From positions 33,751-97,750 of the forward strand of contig CAZVMH010000002.1 in NCBI GenBank assembly GCA_964628585.1: DNA of 64,000 nt, given 5' to 3'. Below the pieces are notes generated by a model. The model made no database searches. It was given only the letters and a program-made list of their open reading frames with translations, and was not told the origin of the DNA. Below, piece by piece: positions 19,245-29,047 of this stretch. Position 1 is the stretch's first letter. Each line of letters opens with the position of its first letter. The translations under genes and the position numbers were made by a program. This DNA comes from an uncultured Candidatus Saccharibacteria bacterium (GTDB taxonomy: Bacteria; Patescibacteriota; UBA1384; XYA2-FULL-43-10; 1-14-0-10-43-13).

Positions 19245-21170
19245 ATGGTTAAAATTATTCGTAAAATATCATTATCATTATTACTCCTAGGTTTACTTTT
19301 TTCCTATTCAGAAGCAGCTGATCCTGCTTTGCCGGAAGTAATGGTGGGACAACCTAGGGTTTGGTATGGGGCAGCAGCTCCCTACACGTATGTTTACGGC
19401 GGTTTTTCTGGTAGCGAAGCAGTTTATAACTATCAGAACGATCCTGGCCAAACAATGGGGGAGAGGTTAGCCCCAAGTTTGAGTTTAAGTGGGACAACTA
19501 ACAGTTATATTGATGTAGGAACTGGTCCTGTTATTACAGGACAGGGTGATTTTTCGGTTTCTCTTTGGTTTAAAAGAAACGGACCCAATCAAGCAAATGA
19601 TTGGCAAATGCTTGCGACCCAAATTGGCATTCCTCACATGTCAAATTTTAAATTACAATTTAATCATACTACTAATAAAATACACTTTAGCATTTTCGGC
19701 ACTTCCGATGGAGTTTCTTGTGGTGGTGCTGGAATACCTGAATTTGAAGTGATATCAAGTACTTCCATAAACGGAACAGACACAAAATGGCATCATGTAG
19801 TTGCTCAAAGAGTTAATCAGGGAGGAGGAGTAACGAAAGGTCAACTCTGGCAAGATAATATAAAAGTGGCAGAATCAGGGGCATCAACCGGTATTGTTTA
19901 TTTGAACACTCCCACTCCAACTTGTTCTGGATATGTTGATGCGACAAAGAGTAGGGTTGGTATTGGTTCTACTCCAGAATCGGTAAGAAGTGGTTCTAAT
20001 CCCGCAAACTCTTTTAAGGGTAATATTGATGAAACAAGAATATATACAAAATCTTTAACCTCTACAGAAATTTCTCGGTTGTATAAGGGGACAGAAACAG
20101 CAGAGGACAATTTGTCGTCAAATGGTCTCAGAGCCTATTGGAAATTTAATGAGGGCGCAGGATCGCAAGTCTTAGATTCATCTGGTAATAACTATACTGG
20201 TAATGCGATCAATACTACATGGAATGCCAATGAAGGTGCTTCGCCTGTTGATTCTACTAAATATGATAACATGGGCTATGATTTATTTGGATTTGATACA
20301 ACTGCCTTGGCTGATTGCATAAATGGGATAATTTTAGGACGAGACAGGTGTTTTGTCTCAAATTCTTCGATGAGTAATATTGTGGTTATGAATAGTCGAA
20401 CATATATTAATGATAATCCAGCTACAGAGGTGGCAGCACTTTTGTCTCCACCGAAGCCATTAATAGCGGGAGATGCCTATTTAGGTGCCCTTCTTGATCC
20501 AAATAACTTTGCTTATTGGGGAAAGAATTTGACTGAAAGAAGAAGTGCGGGTACTAGTCCAAATGCATATTGGGGGATAGGATCGTACGCTAACATATTG
20601 GCGAGCGATATACCAAAATATGAAGAAAAAATTAATATTGCTTTAAAAAGTGCCAAATCAATAACTTCGTTACCGAACTCAATGGGCCTTCAGGGTAGCG
20701 GTGATATGTCTGATATTTCAAGCGAAGCTGACAAATATCCCAATGGTAAGGTTTGGTCCATGAGCGCGCCTGGAGGCCAAACGAATTTTGGAAGCCCTAG
20801 AACATATATAGGAAAGGGCACACTGATTATCAAAAATAATGTTTGTTTTGGCTATGCTGCTCCAAACTGTAATGCGTCAAATTATACTTGGAAAAAAAGA
20901 GTGGATGGGAACACAAATGATTATCAAATGGGCATTATTGTTCAGGGGAATGTAAACATTGCAAGTGGTAGCACAATTGAGGCAGCAATATTTTGTACCG
21001 GGACTATGACAGTTGGTGATAACGTTACATTAAGGGGATCTTTTGTAGCACAGCAGTTCTTGTTTAGTGGTACTGGAAGTGGTACAAAATTTATTTATGA
21101 TGAGAGTTTGAATAAAAATACTCCACCGATATTCGGTGAGTTGAATATGCCGAATCCGACAGAAAATTAA
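19245..21170 (+). CDS. Secreted LamG/concanavalin-A-like lectin-domain protein with a large C-terminal region
   Basis: Signal peptide ISLSLLLLGLLFSYSEA. Laminin-G-3-like signature 'GDFSVSLWFKRNG...WHHVVAQR...FKGNIDETRIYTKSLTSTEISRLYKG'. ATG 19245 with an AAGAAGAAA RBS. Confidence 0.65.
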   Translation: MVKIIRKISLSLLLLGLLFSYSEAADPALPEVMVGQPRVWYGAAAPYTYVYGGFSGSEAVYNYQNDPGQTMGERLAPSLSLSGTTNSYIDVGTGPVITGQGDFSVSLWFKRNGPNQANDWQMLATQIGIPHMSNFKLQFNHTTNKIHFSIFGTSDGVSCGGAGIPEFEVISSTSINGTDTKWHHVVAQRVNQGGGVTKGQLWQDNIKVAESGASTGIVYLNTPTPTCSGYVDATKSRVGIGSTPESVRSGSNPANSFKGNIDETRIYTKSLTSTEISRLYKGTETAEDNLSSNGLRAYWKFNEGAGSQVLDSSGNNYTGNAINTTWNANEGASPVDSTKYDNMGYDLFGFDTTALADCINGIILGRDRCFVSNSSMSNIVVMNSRTYINDNPATEVAALLSPPKPLIAGDAYLGALLDPNNFAYWGKNLTERRSAGTSPNAYWGIGSYANILASDIPKYEEKINIALKSAKSITSLPNSMGLQGSGDMSDISSEADKYPNGKVWSMSAPGGQTNFGSPRTYIGKGTLIIKNNVCFGYAAPNCNASNYTWKKRVDGNTNDYQMGIIVQGNVNIASGSTIEAAIFCTGTMTVGDNVTLRGSFVAQQFLFSGTGSGTKFIYDESLNKNTPPIFGELNMPNPTEN

Positions 21171-21230
21171 TTGTTTGCATTATTTTATCCATTGTTTTAA
21201 AATATAGTTAGTTTAATTTTGGGAGGGTGA

Positions 21231-22028
21231 ATGAATCCAGATGACTCAAATACTGGTACAATGGAGTCTCAACTTGCGGGTTCTCCTTTTGTAAGTCCAC
21301 AAAGGATTGAAACGGAAACTGCACCGAGCTCTGCTTCTGAAAGTTCAGCACTAAAACATCAAGAATTTCGGCCAGAGGCTGACCTGTCTCATCAAGCCAA
21401 GACGGATCATCTCGGTGCTGAAAAAAAGCACGATGAGAGCAATCTTATTCATTTTGAGGATCATAAATCTTTCAATTTTGGTTTGGCTTTGGCTTGGATT
21501 ATCGCCCTGCTTTCAATTACAGCAACATTATATTTTTGGTGGCTTAATCGCAACTTAACAGATGCACTGGAAGACAAAAAAGAAAAAAGAACAGCTGTAG
21601 TCTCTCAGCTAGAATCACCGGGCAATAAAGAGGTGGAGACAGAGGCTAACAATTTTAAAGCTTCAGTTGCTGCATTAACTGCAGCAAAAACAGCTCGCAG
21701 TCCTGTCGGAACTTTTTTACCAGATTTTTACACAAAAATTGACAATGATGTAAAAATTACCTCAATGTCTATGAGTGCCGGAGGCGCCCTAAGTATTGCT
21801 GGGACCACTGCAAATTACAGAACAATCGCCGATCAGGTCATGGCTCTAAAAAGCTGGTCTCAGCTTTCCGATGTCGATCTAACTTCTTCTTCTTACTCTG
21901 TTGATGCCGAAAACATAAAAAGCGCGGCTAGTTTTAGTATAACGGCAAAAGTAAAAAGCAGTAGTACTACAACTACCGGCGCATCTGCTACTTCTGTTTC
22001 CGGTACCACAACAGGAGGGGCACAATGA
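21231..22028 (+). CDS. PilN-like type IV pilus assembly protein (bitopic, long N-terminal cytoplasmic low-complexity tail)
   Basis: Single TM FGLALAWIIALLSITATLYFWWL followed by a periplasmic coiled region; position immediately upstream of a PilO-like gene; RBS GGGAGGGTGA. Confidence 0.5.
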   Translation: MNPDDSNTGTMESQLAGSPFVSPQRIETETAPSSASESSALKHQEFRPEADLSHQAKTDHLGAEKKHDESNLIHFEDHKSFNFGLALAWIIALLSITATLYFWWLNRNLTDALEDKKEKRTAVVSQLESPGNKEVETEANNFKASVAALTAAKTARSPVGTFLPDFYTKIDNDVKITSMSMSAGGALSIAGTTANYRTIADQVMALKSWSQLSDVDLTSSSYSVDAENIKSAASFSITAKVKSSSTTTTGASATSVSGTTTGGAQ

Positions 22029-22645
22029 CCAAAAAATCAAACAGCACTTTCTATGGAGGAGTTACAGTTTTAATAGTGATATGTTCATTCATTTATTCAT
22101 GGAAGTTTTTGGTGCCAAAATACAATACTCAAAAAGCCGAAATAAAAGTTGTTGAGGATGAGTTAAAAATGGCTACAAATAAACTTGAATCTATCAAAAC
22201 TACCAAAGTCACACTCGAGAGTTTAAAACCAATTACAAATCAGCTTTTTATAGCGGTGCCGGGCGACAAAGATTCGCCAAATTTGATTACCGAGTTAGAA
22301 GCTTTGGCTTTGAAGAACAAAATAGTAATTCCTTCGATTCAAATTGCAGAAGGATCAATCGCTAATTCTGGTGGTGAGACAGCTACAGCCTCCTCTGGTG
22401 CAAATGCCGTTTCAATTAGTTTTGCAGTCAGCGGTTCTTTCGAAAATTTAAATTCTTTAATTGTTTCGATTGAAAAAGACATCCGCTTTATGAATATTAA
22501 GAGTTTTTCTTTTTCGGCAAACGAAAAAGATTCAAATCAAATGTCTCTAACACTTCAAATTGAAGCATATAGGCGGTCAGCATCGGCTGCTACAGCTACT
22601 TCTAGTAGAGTGCCAAGCGCAACTACAAATGCAACAGGAGAATAA
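22025..22645 (+). CDS. PilO-like type IV pilus assembly protein
   Basis: N-terminal TM, coiled-coil, then 'alpha/beta' periplasmic region; start overlaps the upstream stop (ATGA). Confidence 0.5.
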   Translation: MTKKSNSTFYGGVTVLIVICSFIYSWKFLVPKYNTQKAEIKVVEDELKMATNKLESIKTTKVTLESLKPITNQLFIAVPGDKDSPNLITELEALALKNKIVIPSIQIAEGSIANSGGETATASSGANAVSISFAVSGSFENLNSLIVSIEKDIRFMNIKSFSFSANEKDSNQMSLTLQIEAYRRSASAATATSSRVPSATTNATGE

Positions 22646-22647
22646 TT

Positions 22648-22908
22648 ATGAATAAAAATAGCGTCGGAGTTATTGTCAGTTTAGTCTTTGCTCTAATCAC
22701 GGCCGGTTCTTTTTATTGGCTTTGGATTGAGGCAAATAAGCCTGTTTCAGTGCCAACTTCAAAAGCAAAAAACTATACCGCGGTGGAAATTGAAGCGGTC
22801 AAAACCCAAGCCAATGATATTTTGAGTTCGCTTGAAAAAAATAGTGATATTCCTCTTACCACTCCAACTGCCAAGATGGGCAGAGTCAATCCATTCATAG
22901 GACTATAA
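22648..22908 (+). CDS. Small bitopic protein (86 aa), possible PilP-like pilus assembly component
   Basis: Single N-terminal TM; position in the pilMNOP-like block. Confidence 0.4.
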   Translation: MNKNSVGVIVSLVFALITAGSFYWLWIEANKPVSVPTSKAKNYTAVEIEAVKTQANDILSSLEKNSDIPLTTPTAKMGRVNPFIGL

Positions 22909-23003
22909 ATTTACAATAGCTCATAGCTCATATATCATATATTTCTCATTTATTAATTGATCAATAAAAAAATAATTATTTTAGATGAGTTATGAGCTAT
23001 GGG
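22909..23003. repeat. Inverted CTCATA-type repeats (CTCATAGCTCATA ... TATGAGCTATGG) flanking an AT-rich spacer
   Basis: Read directly; the same CTCATA(A/G)CTCATA family recurs at about 30537, 33421 and 34281. Confidence 0.6.
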
Positions 23004-24234
23004 ATATATTAAATTAGATGTGGTAAATGGAGAACAACCAACGGTGGGGAAGAACAATAATCGTCTAGAAAACTTAGCCAAAAGGCCTTGGACAACCCAG
23101 TCAATACTGGATGTTTTTGTATTACAGGGGCTAATTGAATATTCTGATGCTGAAAAAATTGGGCGTAATTTTAAAACCAATAATCAGATTGAAAATTTTC
23201 TTATTAAAAATAAAATTGTCACGCCCGATACAGTAAACAAGGCCTACAGTATTTTATTAAAATTACCCTTTGTAGGGCTTAAAAATGTTGAAATTCCGGC
23301 TGAATGTAAGCTGGTCGTTACCAAAGAAATTGCTAGAAAATATGAAATTATTCCTTTTGATATAGATAGAAACACATTACGGATCGCAATAGCCAAGCCC
23401 TCAGCTCTTATGCTTGGATATTCCTCGGGGCTTTTGAGCGTTTTTAACTCCAAAAATATTAAAGTCGAGGTATTTATTACTGGTAAAAGCGATTTTTTAG
23501 AGAGTATTAAGCAATATGAAAAAGAAAATTCTCTTTTGCTCAAAAAGGGTAGTTACCCCACTATATTTTTACGCAACTACCGAATGTCACGATTTTTTTT
23601 AGAAAAATTACCGCTTCAATTTGTTAAAAAATATCGAATAGTTGTTTTTGGTGAAAATATTAGTGGTGATTATATGATAGCTTGTGAAGAGCCAAATTCT
23701 CCCTTGACAAAGAAAGTCCTTCAAGCAATTTCTCGTGAAAACAAAATAAATATTGAAGTTTTTGCTGCTTCAAAAGATGATTTTGATTATATTACCAATC
23801 ATTGGTATGATATAGGCAACTACAACTTGGAAGAAGTCGAGGAGGAGGTAGGAGGGCAATCTGGAAAAATAGAATCTTCGGGTGTGTTTGATCTGGGAGA
23901 ATTTTTGGGATTAAATAAAATTCCAGCAAAACCAAAAATTACTATAGATTCAATTTCACAGATCGAAGAAACCAATAATTCAGAGTTACCAATAATTGAT
24001 TTATCGAGCATTAAGATTGATAAGTACTTTTTGAAGATTTTGCCGAAGGAGTTATCACAAAAATATCGTGTGGTTGTCTTTGGGTCAGAGAAAAATGGAG
24101 CGCTGAAGCTAGCCACAGACGCACCAAATTTGCCCAATATGCAGAAGACAGTAGATTATATTAAAAGTCAACATGCAATAAAATTATATCAGTGTTTAAC
24201 AAAAGATTTTGACAACTTTATCAAACAAATTTAA
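22999..24234 (+). CDS. Standalone protein composed of three GspE_N (T2SSE_N/PilB-N-terminal-like) domains, no ATPase domain
   Basis: Three repeats of the 'LP...A(R)KY(E/R)IIPF/VVVFG......L.IA...P' pattern (e.g. 'IARKYEIIPFDIDRNTLRIAIAKP', 'VKKYRIVVFGENISGDYMIACEEP', 'SQKYRVVVFGSEKNGALKLATDAP'). Confidence 0.55.
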   Translation: MGYIKLDVVNGEQPTVGKNNNRLENLAKRPWTTQSILDVFVLQGLIEYSDAEKIGRNFKTNNQIENFLIKNKIVTPDTVNKAYSILLKLPFVGLKNVEIPAECKLVVTKEIARKYEIIPFDIDRNTLRIAIAKPSALMLGYSSGLLSVFNSKNIKVEVFITGKSDFLESIKQYEKENSLLLKKGSYPTIFLRNYRMSRFFLEKLPLQFVKKYRIVVFGENISGDYMIACEEPNSPLTKKVLQAISRENKINIEVFAASKDDFDYITNHWYDIGNYNLEEVEEEVGGQSGKIESSGVFDLGEFLGLNKIPAKPKITIDSISQIEETNNSELPIIDLSSIKIDKYFLKILPKELSQKYRVVVFGSEKNGALKLATDAPNLPNMQKTVDYIKSQHAIKLYQCLTKDFDNFIKQI

Positions 24235-24239
24235 TAAAC

Positions 24240-25790
24240 ATGAGTGACGATCAACCAAAAATAAATACAGTGGCTCCAATCCAAGCAAAACCCACAATAT
24301 CATTAGGTGGTTTTTTCGATAAAGCTTTTTCCGCTCAAAGTAATCAATCAACGGATCAGAAAACAAATAAGAGCACACCAATCGAACCTGCCGCGAATCA
24401 GTCCCAGAACCCACCTGTAGCTCCTACTTCGGCTGGACAGGATAATATTCCCCAAACACAGGAAAAAGAGATCGATTCAGAGTTTGACAAGAAAAAAGAT
24501 ATTAGTCAATCAACATCTCTTGACAATAATGATATTGGTAGCTTGGTTACAGGAAATATTTTAAATATTAATCAACTTGCTGAGATTATTAAAGAAGGAT
24601 ATGTTCCTAAAATAGTGGCGGCAATTATTAACTTTGCTCTCAATAATCGTGCTTCCGACGTTCACATTGAACCCCAGTCGAAATCGATGCGCATTCGGAC
24701 AAGAGTCGATGGTATTTTAACCGATATTGCAAAACTATCACTTGAAATGCATCCGCCCATAGTTAGCCGAATAAAAATATTGGCCAAGTTAAAGATTGAC
24801 GAAAACAGAATTCCGCAAGATGGTCGTTTTGATGTTACTTTCTCGGACAGACAAACAGATGTTCGTGTCTCAACTTTGCCAACCGTTCATGGCGAGAAGG
24901 CAGTTATGAGAATTTTAGATAAAAATCAAAAGATATTGACGCTTGAAGATTTGGGTCTTAAGGGGGAGGCTTTTGACAGAACGGTTGAGGCGATTTCAAA
25001 GCCTTGGGGGGTTATTTTATCCACAGGCCCTACTGGTAGTGGTAAATCTACTACTCTTAATGCAATAATTGCACGATTAAATCAACCGGGGGTAAACATT
25101 TGTACATTGGAAGACCCGGTTGAGTATGAAACACCGGGAGTGAACCAGTCACAAGTGAAACCAGATATCGGTTTTACTTTTGCTACTGGTTTGCGTAGTT
25201 TGTTGCGTCAGGACCCAAATATTATTATGGTTGGTGAGATTCGTGACGGCGAAACAGCCGGTATGGCAACTCACGCCGCTTTAACAGGTCACCTGGTTTT
25301 AACAACGCTCCATACCAACGATACTGCCGGAGCTTTACCCAGATTGATTAATATGGGAATTGAGCCATTTTTAATAACATCTTCAATGAATTTAGTTATT
25401 GCTCAGAGACTGGTTCGTCTAATTTGTCCAAAATGCAAAGAAGAAATGAAAGTGCCACCAAAATTACTGGAAGAGATTGAAAATGTTTTAAAAACAATAC
25501 CACAAACAAATAAAAAAGACTTGGCCAGAATTCCGGCCCAAAGAAAGTTTTATTATGGACGAGGTTGCAGTGAATGCGTACAGGGCTACAGGGGAAGATT
25601 GGGGTTGTTTGAGGTAATGAGCATGACAGCTGAAATTGAAGATTTTGCAATTGCTCACAAATCGTCTAGTGATATAAAAGCCGCCTCAATTAGAGCAGGC
25701 ATGATTACAATGAAACAAGACGGGGTTTTAAAAGTGTTAGAAGGATTAACCACGCTTGACGAAGTGTTCCAAGCAACAATGGACAACTAA
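24240..25790 (+). CDS. pilB: Type IV pilus assembly ATPase PilB (GspE family) with a C-terminal tetracysteine Zn motif
   Basis: Walker A GPTGSGKSTTL, Asp box, His box; 'RIPQDGRFDV'; CPKC...CSEC. Confidence 0.9.
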   Translation: MSDDQPKINTVAPIQAKPTISLGGFFDKAFSAQSNQSTDQKTNKSTPIEPAANQSQNPPVAPTSAGQDNIPQTQEKEIDSEFDKKKDISQSTSLDNNDIGSLVTGNILNINQLAEIIKEGYVPKIVAAIINFALNNRASDVHIEPQSKSMRIRTRVDGILTDIAKLSLEMHPPIVSRIKILAKLKIDENRIPQDGRFDVTFSDRQTDVRVSTLPTVHGEKAVMRILDKNQKILTLEDLGLKGEAFDRTVEAISKPWGVILSTGPTGSGKSTTLNAIIARLNQPGVNICTLEDPVEYETPGVNQSQVKPDIGFTFATGLRSLLRQDPNIIMVGEIRDGETAGMATHAALTGHLVLTTLHTNDTAGALPRLINMGIEPFLITSSMNLVIAQRLVRLICPKCKEEMKVPPKLLEEIENVLKTIPQTNKKDLARIPAQRKFYYGRGCSECVQGYRGRLGLFEVMSMTAEIEDFAIAHKSSSDIKAASIRAGMITMKQDGVLKVLEGLTTLDEVFQATMDN

Positions 25791-25792
25791 TC

Positions 25793-25880
25793 CAGAAATG
25801 GATAGCTAATGTGTACCAATAGCCAATATACAAATTATTAGTAAATTAGACATTAGTGCAAACTAGACATCCATTTGTGA
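25793..25880. repeat. ~85-nt intergenic element, copy A (about 90% identical to 27014..27100)
   Basis: 'cagaaatggatagc.aatgtgtaccaatagc.aatatac.aat.attagtaaatt.g.cattagtgcaaa.tagacat' shared between the two copies. Confidence 0.8.
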
Positions 25881-25945
25881 TCTTTGTTGCTTAAGCTTAC
25901 ATCTTATAATATAATGTAACAAGAAGGTATTTTTTAGGAGGGTGT

Positions 25946-27013
25946 GTGGAAGCAAAAACAAGTGGTGAGATCAATAAATATCTCGATTTTGCAATTGAAA
26001 AAATTGCCTCTGATATTCATATAATTTCCGGAATTCCAATAGTAATTCGTATAGACGGGAAACTTTTTGCGGTTCCTGGCTCCAACCCAAACACTCCAGA
26101 AAAAATAAAAGAACTCTTAGACGGTTTTGTCCCCAGAGAACTGGGCGAGTTATTTAAAATCAAAAAAGAGCTCGATTTTTCTTTTGGTTATAAAGAAATG
26201 CGCTTTCGTGTAAATATATATATGGAAAAGAGCGTTCCGGCCGCTTCTTTGCGACTAATACCCAAAGCAATAAGAGGATTTAAAGAACTTGGTTTGCCAC
26301 CAATACTGGAAAAATTTACCGAACATAATCAGGGCTTTGTGGTTTTGGCTGGCCCAACCGGTTCTGGCAAATCGACAACTTTGGCCGCGATTGTGGATAG
26401 AATTAATGAAAACTCTTCAAAACATATTGTTACAATCGAAGATCCTATTGAGTATGTCTTTGAACATAAAAAAAGTATTATTTCACAGAGAGAAGTTGGA
26501 TACGATACAGAATCTTTTCCAAAAGCGTTGCGTTCGGCTTTGCGAGAGGATCCAGACGTTGTTTACATTGGTGAGATGCGAGACTTAGAGACAACAGAGG
26601 CCGCCTTAACTATTGCCGAGACCGGTCACTTGGTCTTTACGACTTTGCATACCAATTCAGCCGCTCAAACGGCCGATCGTATTGTTAATATTTTTCCAAC
26701 TCATTTACGACAACAGGTAGCGAGTCAACTTGCCTCTGTTCTTCTCGGTGTTGTGTCGCAAAGATTAATTCCAAAGGTTGGTGGAGGAAGAGTCTTGGCA
26801 GCGGAAATTTTGATTGGCAACTCTGCCGTTAAATCGTTAATTCGAGAAGAAAAATCATATCAAATTCCAAATGTTATTCAAACATCGGCAGCAGAGGGGA
26901 TGATTTCTTTAGACAAAGTTCTGGCCGAATATGTTTCAAGGGGGGAGATTACACTAGAAGACGCCCTGTCCTGGTCGCTTGATCCAAAGAGCTTTAAAAT
27001 GATGGTATATTAA
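25946..27013 (+). CDS. pilT: Twitching motility/retraction ATPase PilT
   Basis: Walker A AGPTGSGKSTTLAA; 'GNSAVKSLIREEK' (AIRNLIRE-like motif); ~350 aa without an N-terminal GspE_N domain; GTG start with a GGAGGG RBS. Confidence 0.85.
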   Translation: MEAKTSGEINKYLDFAIEKIASDIHIISGIPIVIRIDGKLFAVPGSNPNTPEKIKELLDGFVPRELGELFKIKKELDFSFGYKEMRFRVNIYMEKSVPAASLRLIPKAIRGFKELGLPPILEKFTEHNQGFVVLAGPTGSGKSTTLAAIVDRINENSSKHIVTIEDPIEYVFEHKKSIISQREVGYDTESFPKALRSALREDPDVVYIGEMRDLETTEAALTIAETGHLVFTTLHTNSAAQTADRIVNIFPTHLRQQVASQLASVLLGVVSQRLIPKVGGGRVLAAEILIGNSAVKSLIREEKSYQIPNVIQTSAAEGMISLDKVLAEYVSRGEITLEDALSWSLDPKSFKMMVY

Positions 27014-27100
27014 CAGAAATGGATAGCGAATGTGTACCAATAGCGAATATACGAATAATTAGTAAATTGGCCATTAGTGCAAATTAGACATTCATTTATA
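27014..27100. repeat. ~85-nt intergenic element, copy B
   Basis: See copy A; located between pilT and pilC. Confidence 0.8.
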
Positions 27101-27102
27101 AT

Positions 27103-28308
27103 ATGAGTAAATTTCTTTACAAAGCAAAGGGGCCTAACGGTAGAACCGTAACTGGAACCGTTGAGGCGAAAAACGAAATCGAGGCTGAGGCACTACTTAC
27201 TCAGCATAGCTTAGTGGCGGAGGAAGTTGTAGCAGTAAACGAATCGCCACTCGATTTTTTGAGGAATATTTTTTCGCGCATAAATGATAAAGACAGAGCA
27301 ATTTTTGCTCGTCAGCTTTCTACTATGGTTTCGGCTGGCTTAACGCTTCCAAAATCGATTAAAGTTACCTCGAATCAGGCCAGAACAGAGAAACTTCGAA
27401 ATATATATATGGATTTGTACAAGCAGTTGGAAGAGGGTAAAACTTTTTCTTCTGCTTTAAGAGATCATCCGGAAGCGTTTAACGATGTGTATGTTGCGGT
27501 TGTGGCAGCCGGTGAACAAACAGGTAAGGTAGATGTGGTTTTAAAACAGTTGGCAACTCAATTGGAGAACAATAACAATTTTGTAGGCAGAGTTCGCGGG
27601 GCGCTATATTATCCCGGTTTTATTATCGTAGCTATGGTGGCAATAGCAATCTATATGCTAGTAAAAGTTATTCCTGCTCTTAAAGGAATTTTTGATCAAG
27701 AAGGCGAGCAACTGCCAATTGCTACTCGCATTCTTTTGGCTATGTCAGATGCGGTTCAGGTCTATTGGTGGGCGGTTATTATGGTAATAATCGGGATAGT
27801 TATATTTTTGCGTTTCTTTTTTGAATCGCAGTCCGGCGCAGCAGTCAAAGATAAGTTGGCGATAAAAACCCCTGTCATAAAAAAAATGTTTGAGGGAATG
27901 TATATGTACCGAGTAACCGAGATTATGGCAATGCTTCTCGGCGCTGGTGTTCCACTTTTGAATACAATTAAAATTGCCGCCACAACAGTAAACAACGGTG
28001 TTTATGAAGAAAGCCTGCTCAATGTAGCTAAATATGTTGAGCGAGGCGTGCCACTTTCAGTTCAGCTGATGAAAGAGCCGGTTTTTCCGCCAATTTTTGG
28101 CCAGATGGCCTCTGTGGGTGAGGAAACAGGCCAACTCGATAAAGTTTTGAAAAAAGTTTCGGATTACTACCAAGAGACAACAGACCAGATGATTAAAACT
28201 CTTTCAACTTTAATCGAACCGGCAATTTTGCTCTTGGTTGGAGCCGCCGTTGCCTTTATTGTTTTTGCGGTTTTGGTACCTATATATAACATTGCCCAGA
28301 TAGAGTGA
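27103..28308 (+). CDS. pilC: Type IV pilus platform protein PilC (GspF family)
   Basis: Two GspF repeats with three TM helices; 'RQLSTMVSAGLTLPKSI' and the second repeat 'EPAILLLVG'. Confidence 0.85.
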   Translation: MSKFLYKAKGPNGRTVTGTVEAKNEIEAEALLTQHSLVAEEVVAVNESPLDFLRNIFSRINDKDRAIFARQLSTMVSAGLTLPKSIKVTSNQARTEKLRNIYMDLYKQLEEGKTFSSALRDHPEAFNDVYVAVVAAGEQTGKVDVVLKQLATQLENNNNFVGRVRGALYYPGFIIVAMVAIAIYMLVKVIPALKGIFDQEGEQLPIATRILLAMSDAVQVYWWAVIMVIIGIVIFLRFFFESQSGAAVKDKLAIKTPVIKKMFEGMYMYRVTEIMAMLLGAGVPLLNTIKIAATTVNNGVYEESLLNVAKYVERGVPLSVQLMKEPVFPPIFGQMASVGEETGQLDKVLKKVSDYYQETTDQMIKTLSTLIEPAILLLVGAAVAFIVFAVLVPIYNIAQIE

Positions 28309-28344
28309 TATAATATTAATATATTAAATAAATTAGGAGGAAAA

Positions 28345-28947
28345 ATGGATAAACCTAAAAAAAGGCCTGTCCTGAGCTTGTCGAAGGGGTTCACGCTCAT
28401 TGAGTTACTGGTTGTGATTGCCATTATTGGCATTTTGGCAACAATTATTATCATTAATGTTGCCAATGCCCGTGGCAAGGCCAACGACGCAAAAGTATTA
28501 AGTGATCTTTCCGGAGCACAAAGAAGTATAGCTGCATGTATTGCAGATGGCAAAGTTCCTACTAATGGTGCCACTGGTTTTCCGCCTGCTGGGAACATAG
28601 ACCCCCCCACTGTGGGACCATCAGGTGGTGATTTTGGTGGGAAAACTACCTGCGGACCTAACTCTGCTACAATGCCAGTTCTTAATGCGAATCTTAGAAG
28701 TGCTAACAAGAATTATTGGAATTATGTTGGTGGCGGTATTGCGAGCGAAAAACTGGGATTTGATTCAAAAACTAATTATTTTAAATTTGCTGCCACAACT
28801 TCAGCGGTTCAAGTTAATACACCAAGTTACTTAGAACTTGACCAAGCATTACATAATGGTATCGATGGCTGGATAGTAATAGAGTGTGATAATAATGGTT
28901 GTACAAAATGTAAGACTAGCGTATCGAATGTTTGTACTAAGTATTAA
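28345..28947 (+). CDS. Type IV pilin (class III signal peptide)
   Basis: Prepilin motif 'KGFTLIELLVVIAIIGILATIII' with E at +5; C-terminal Cys pair. Confidence 0.8.
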   Translation: MDKPKKRPVLSLSKGFTLIELLVVIAIIGILATIIIINVANARGKANDAKVLSDLSGAQRSIAACIADGKVPTNGATGFPPAGNIDPPTVGPSGGDFGGKTTCGPNSATMPVLNANLRSANKNYWNYVGGGIASEKLGFDSKTNYFKFAATTSAVQVNTPSYLELDQALHNGIDGWIVIECDNNGCTKCKTSVSNVCTKY

Positions 28948-29047
28948 TTAAAAATATTATCCCGTTATTATTGGTCGATCGGGAGGTTAATCCCGCTAAA
29001 TATTACCCGTTAACGGATATTTAACTGGGATTTAATAAGGAGAAAAA

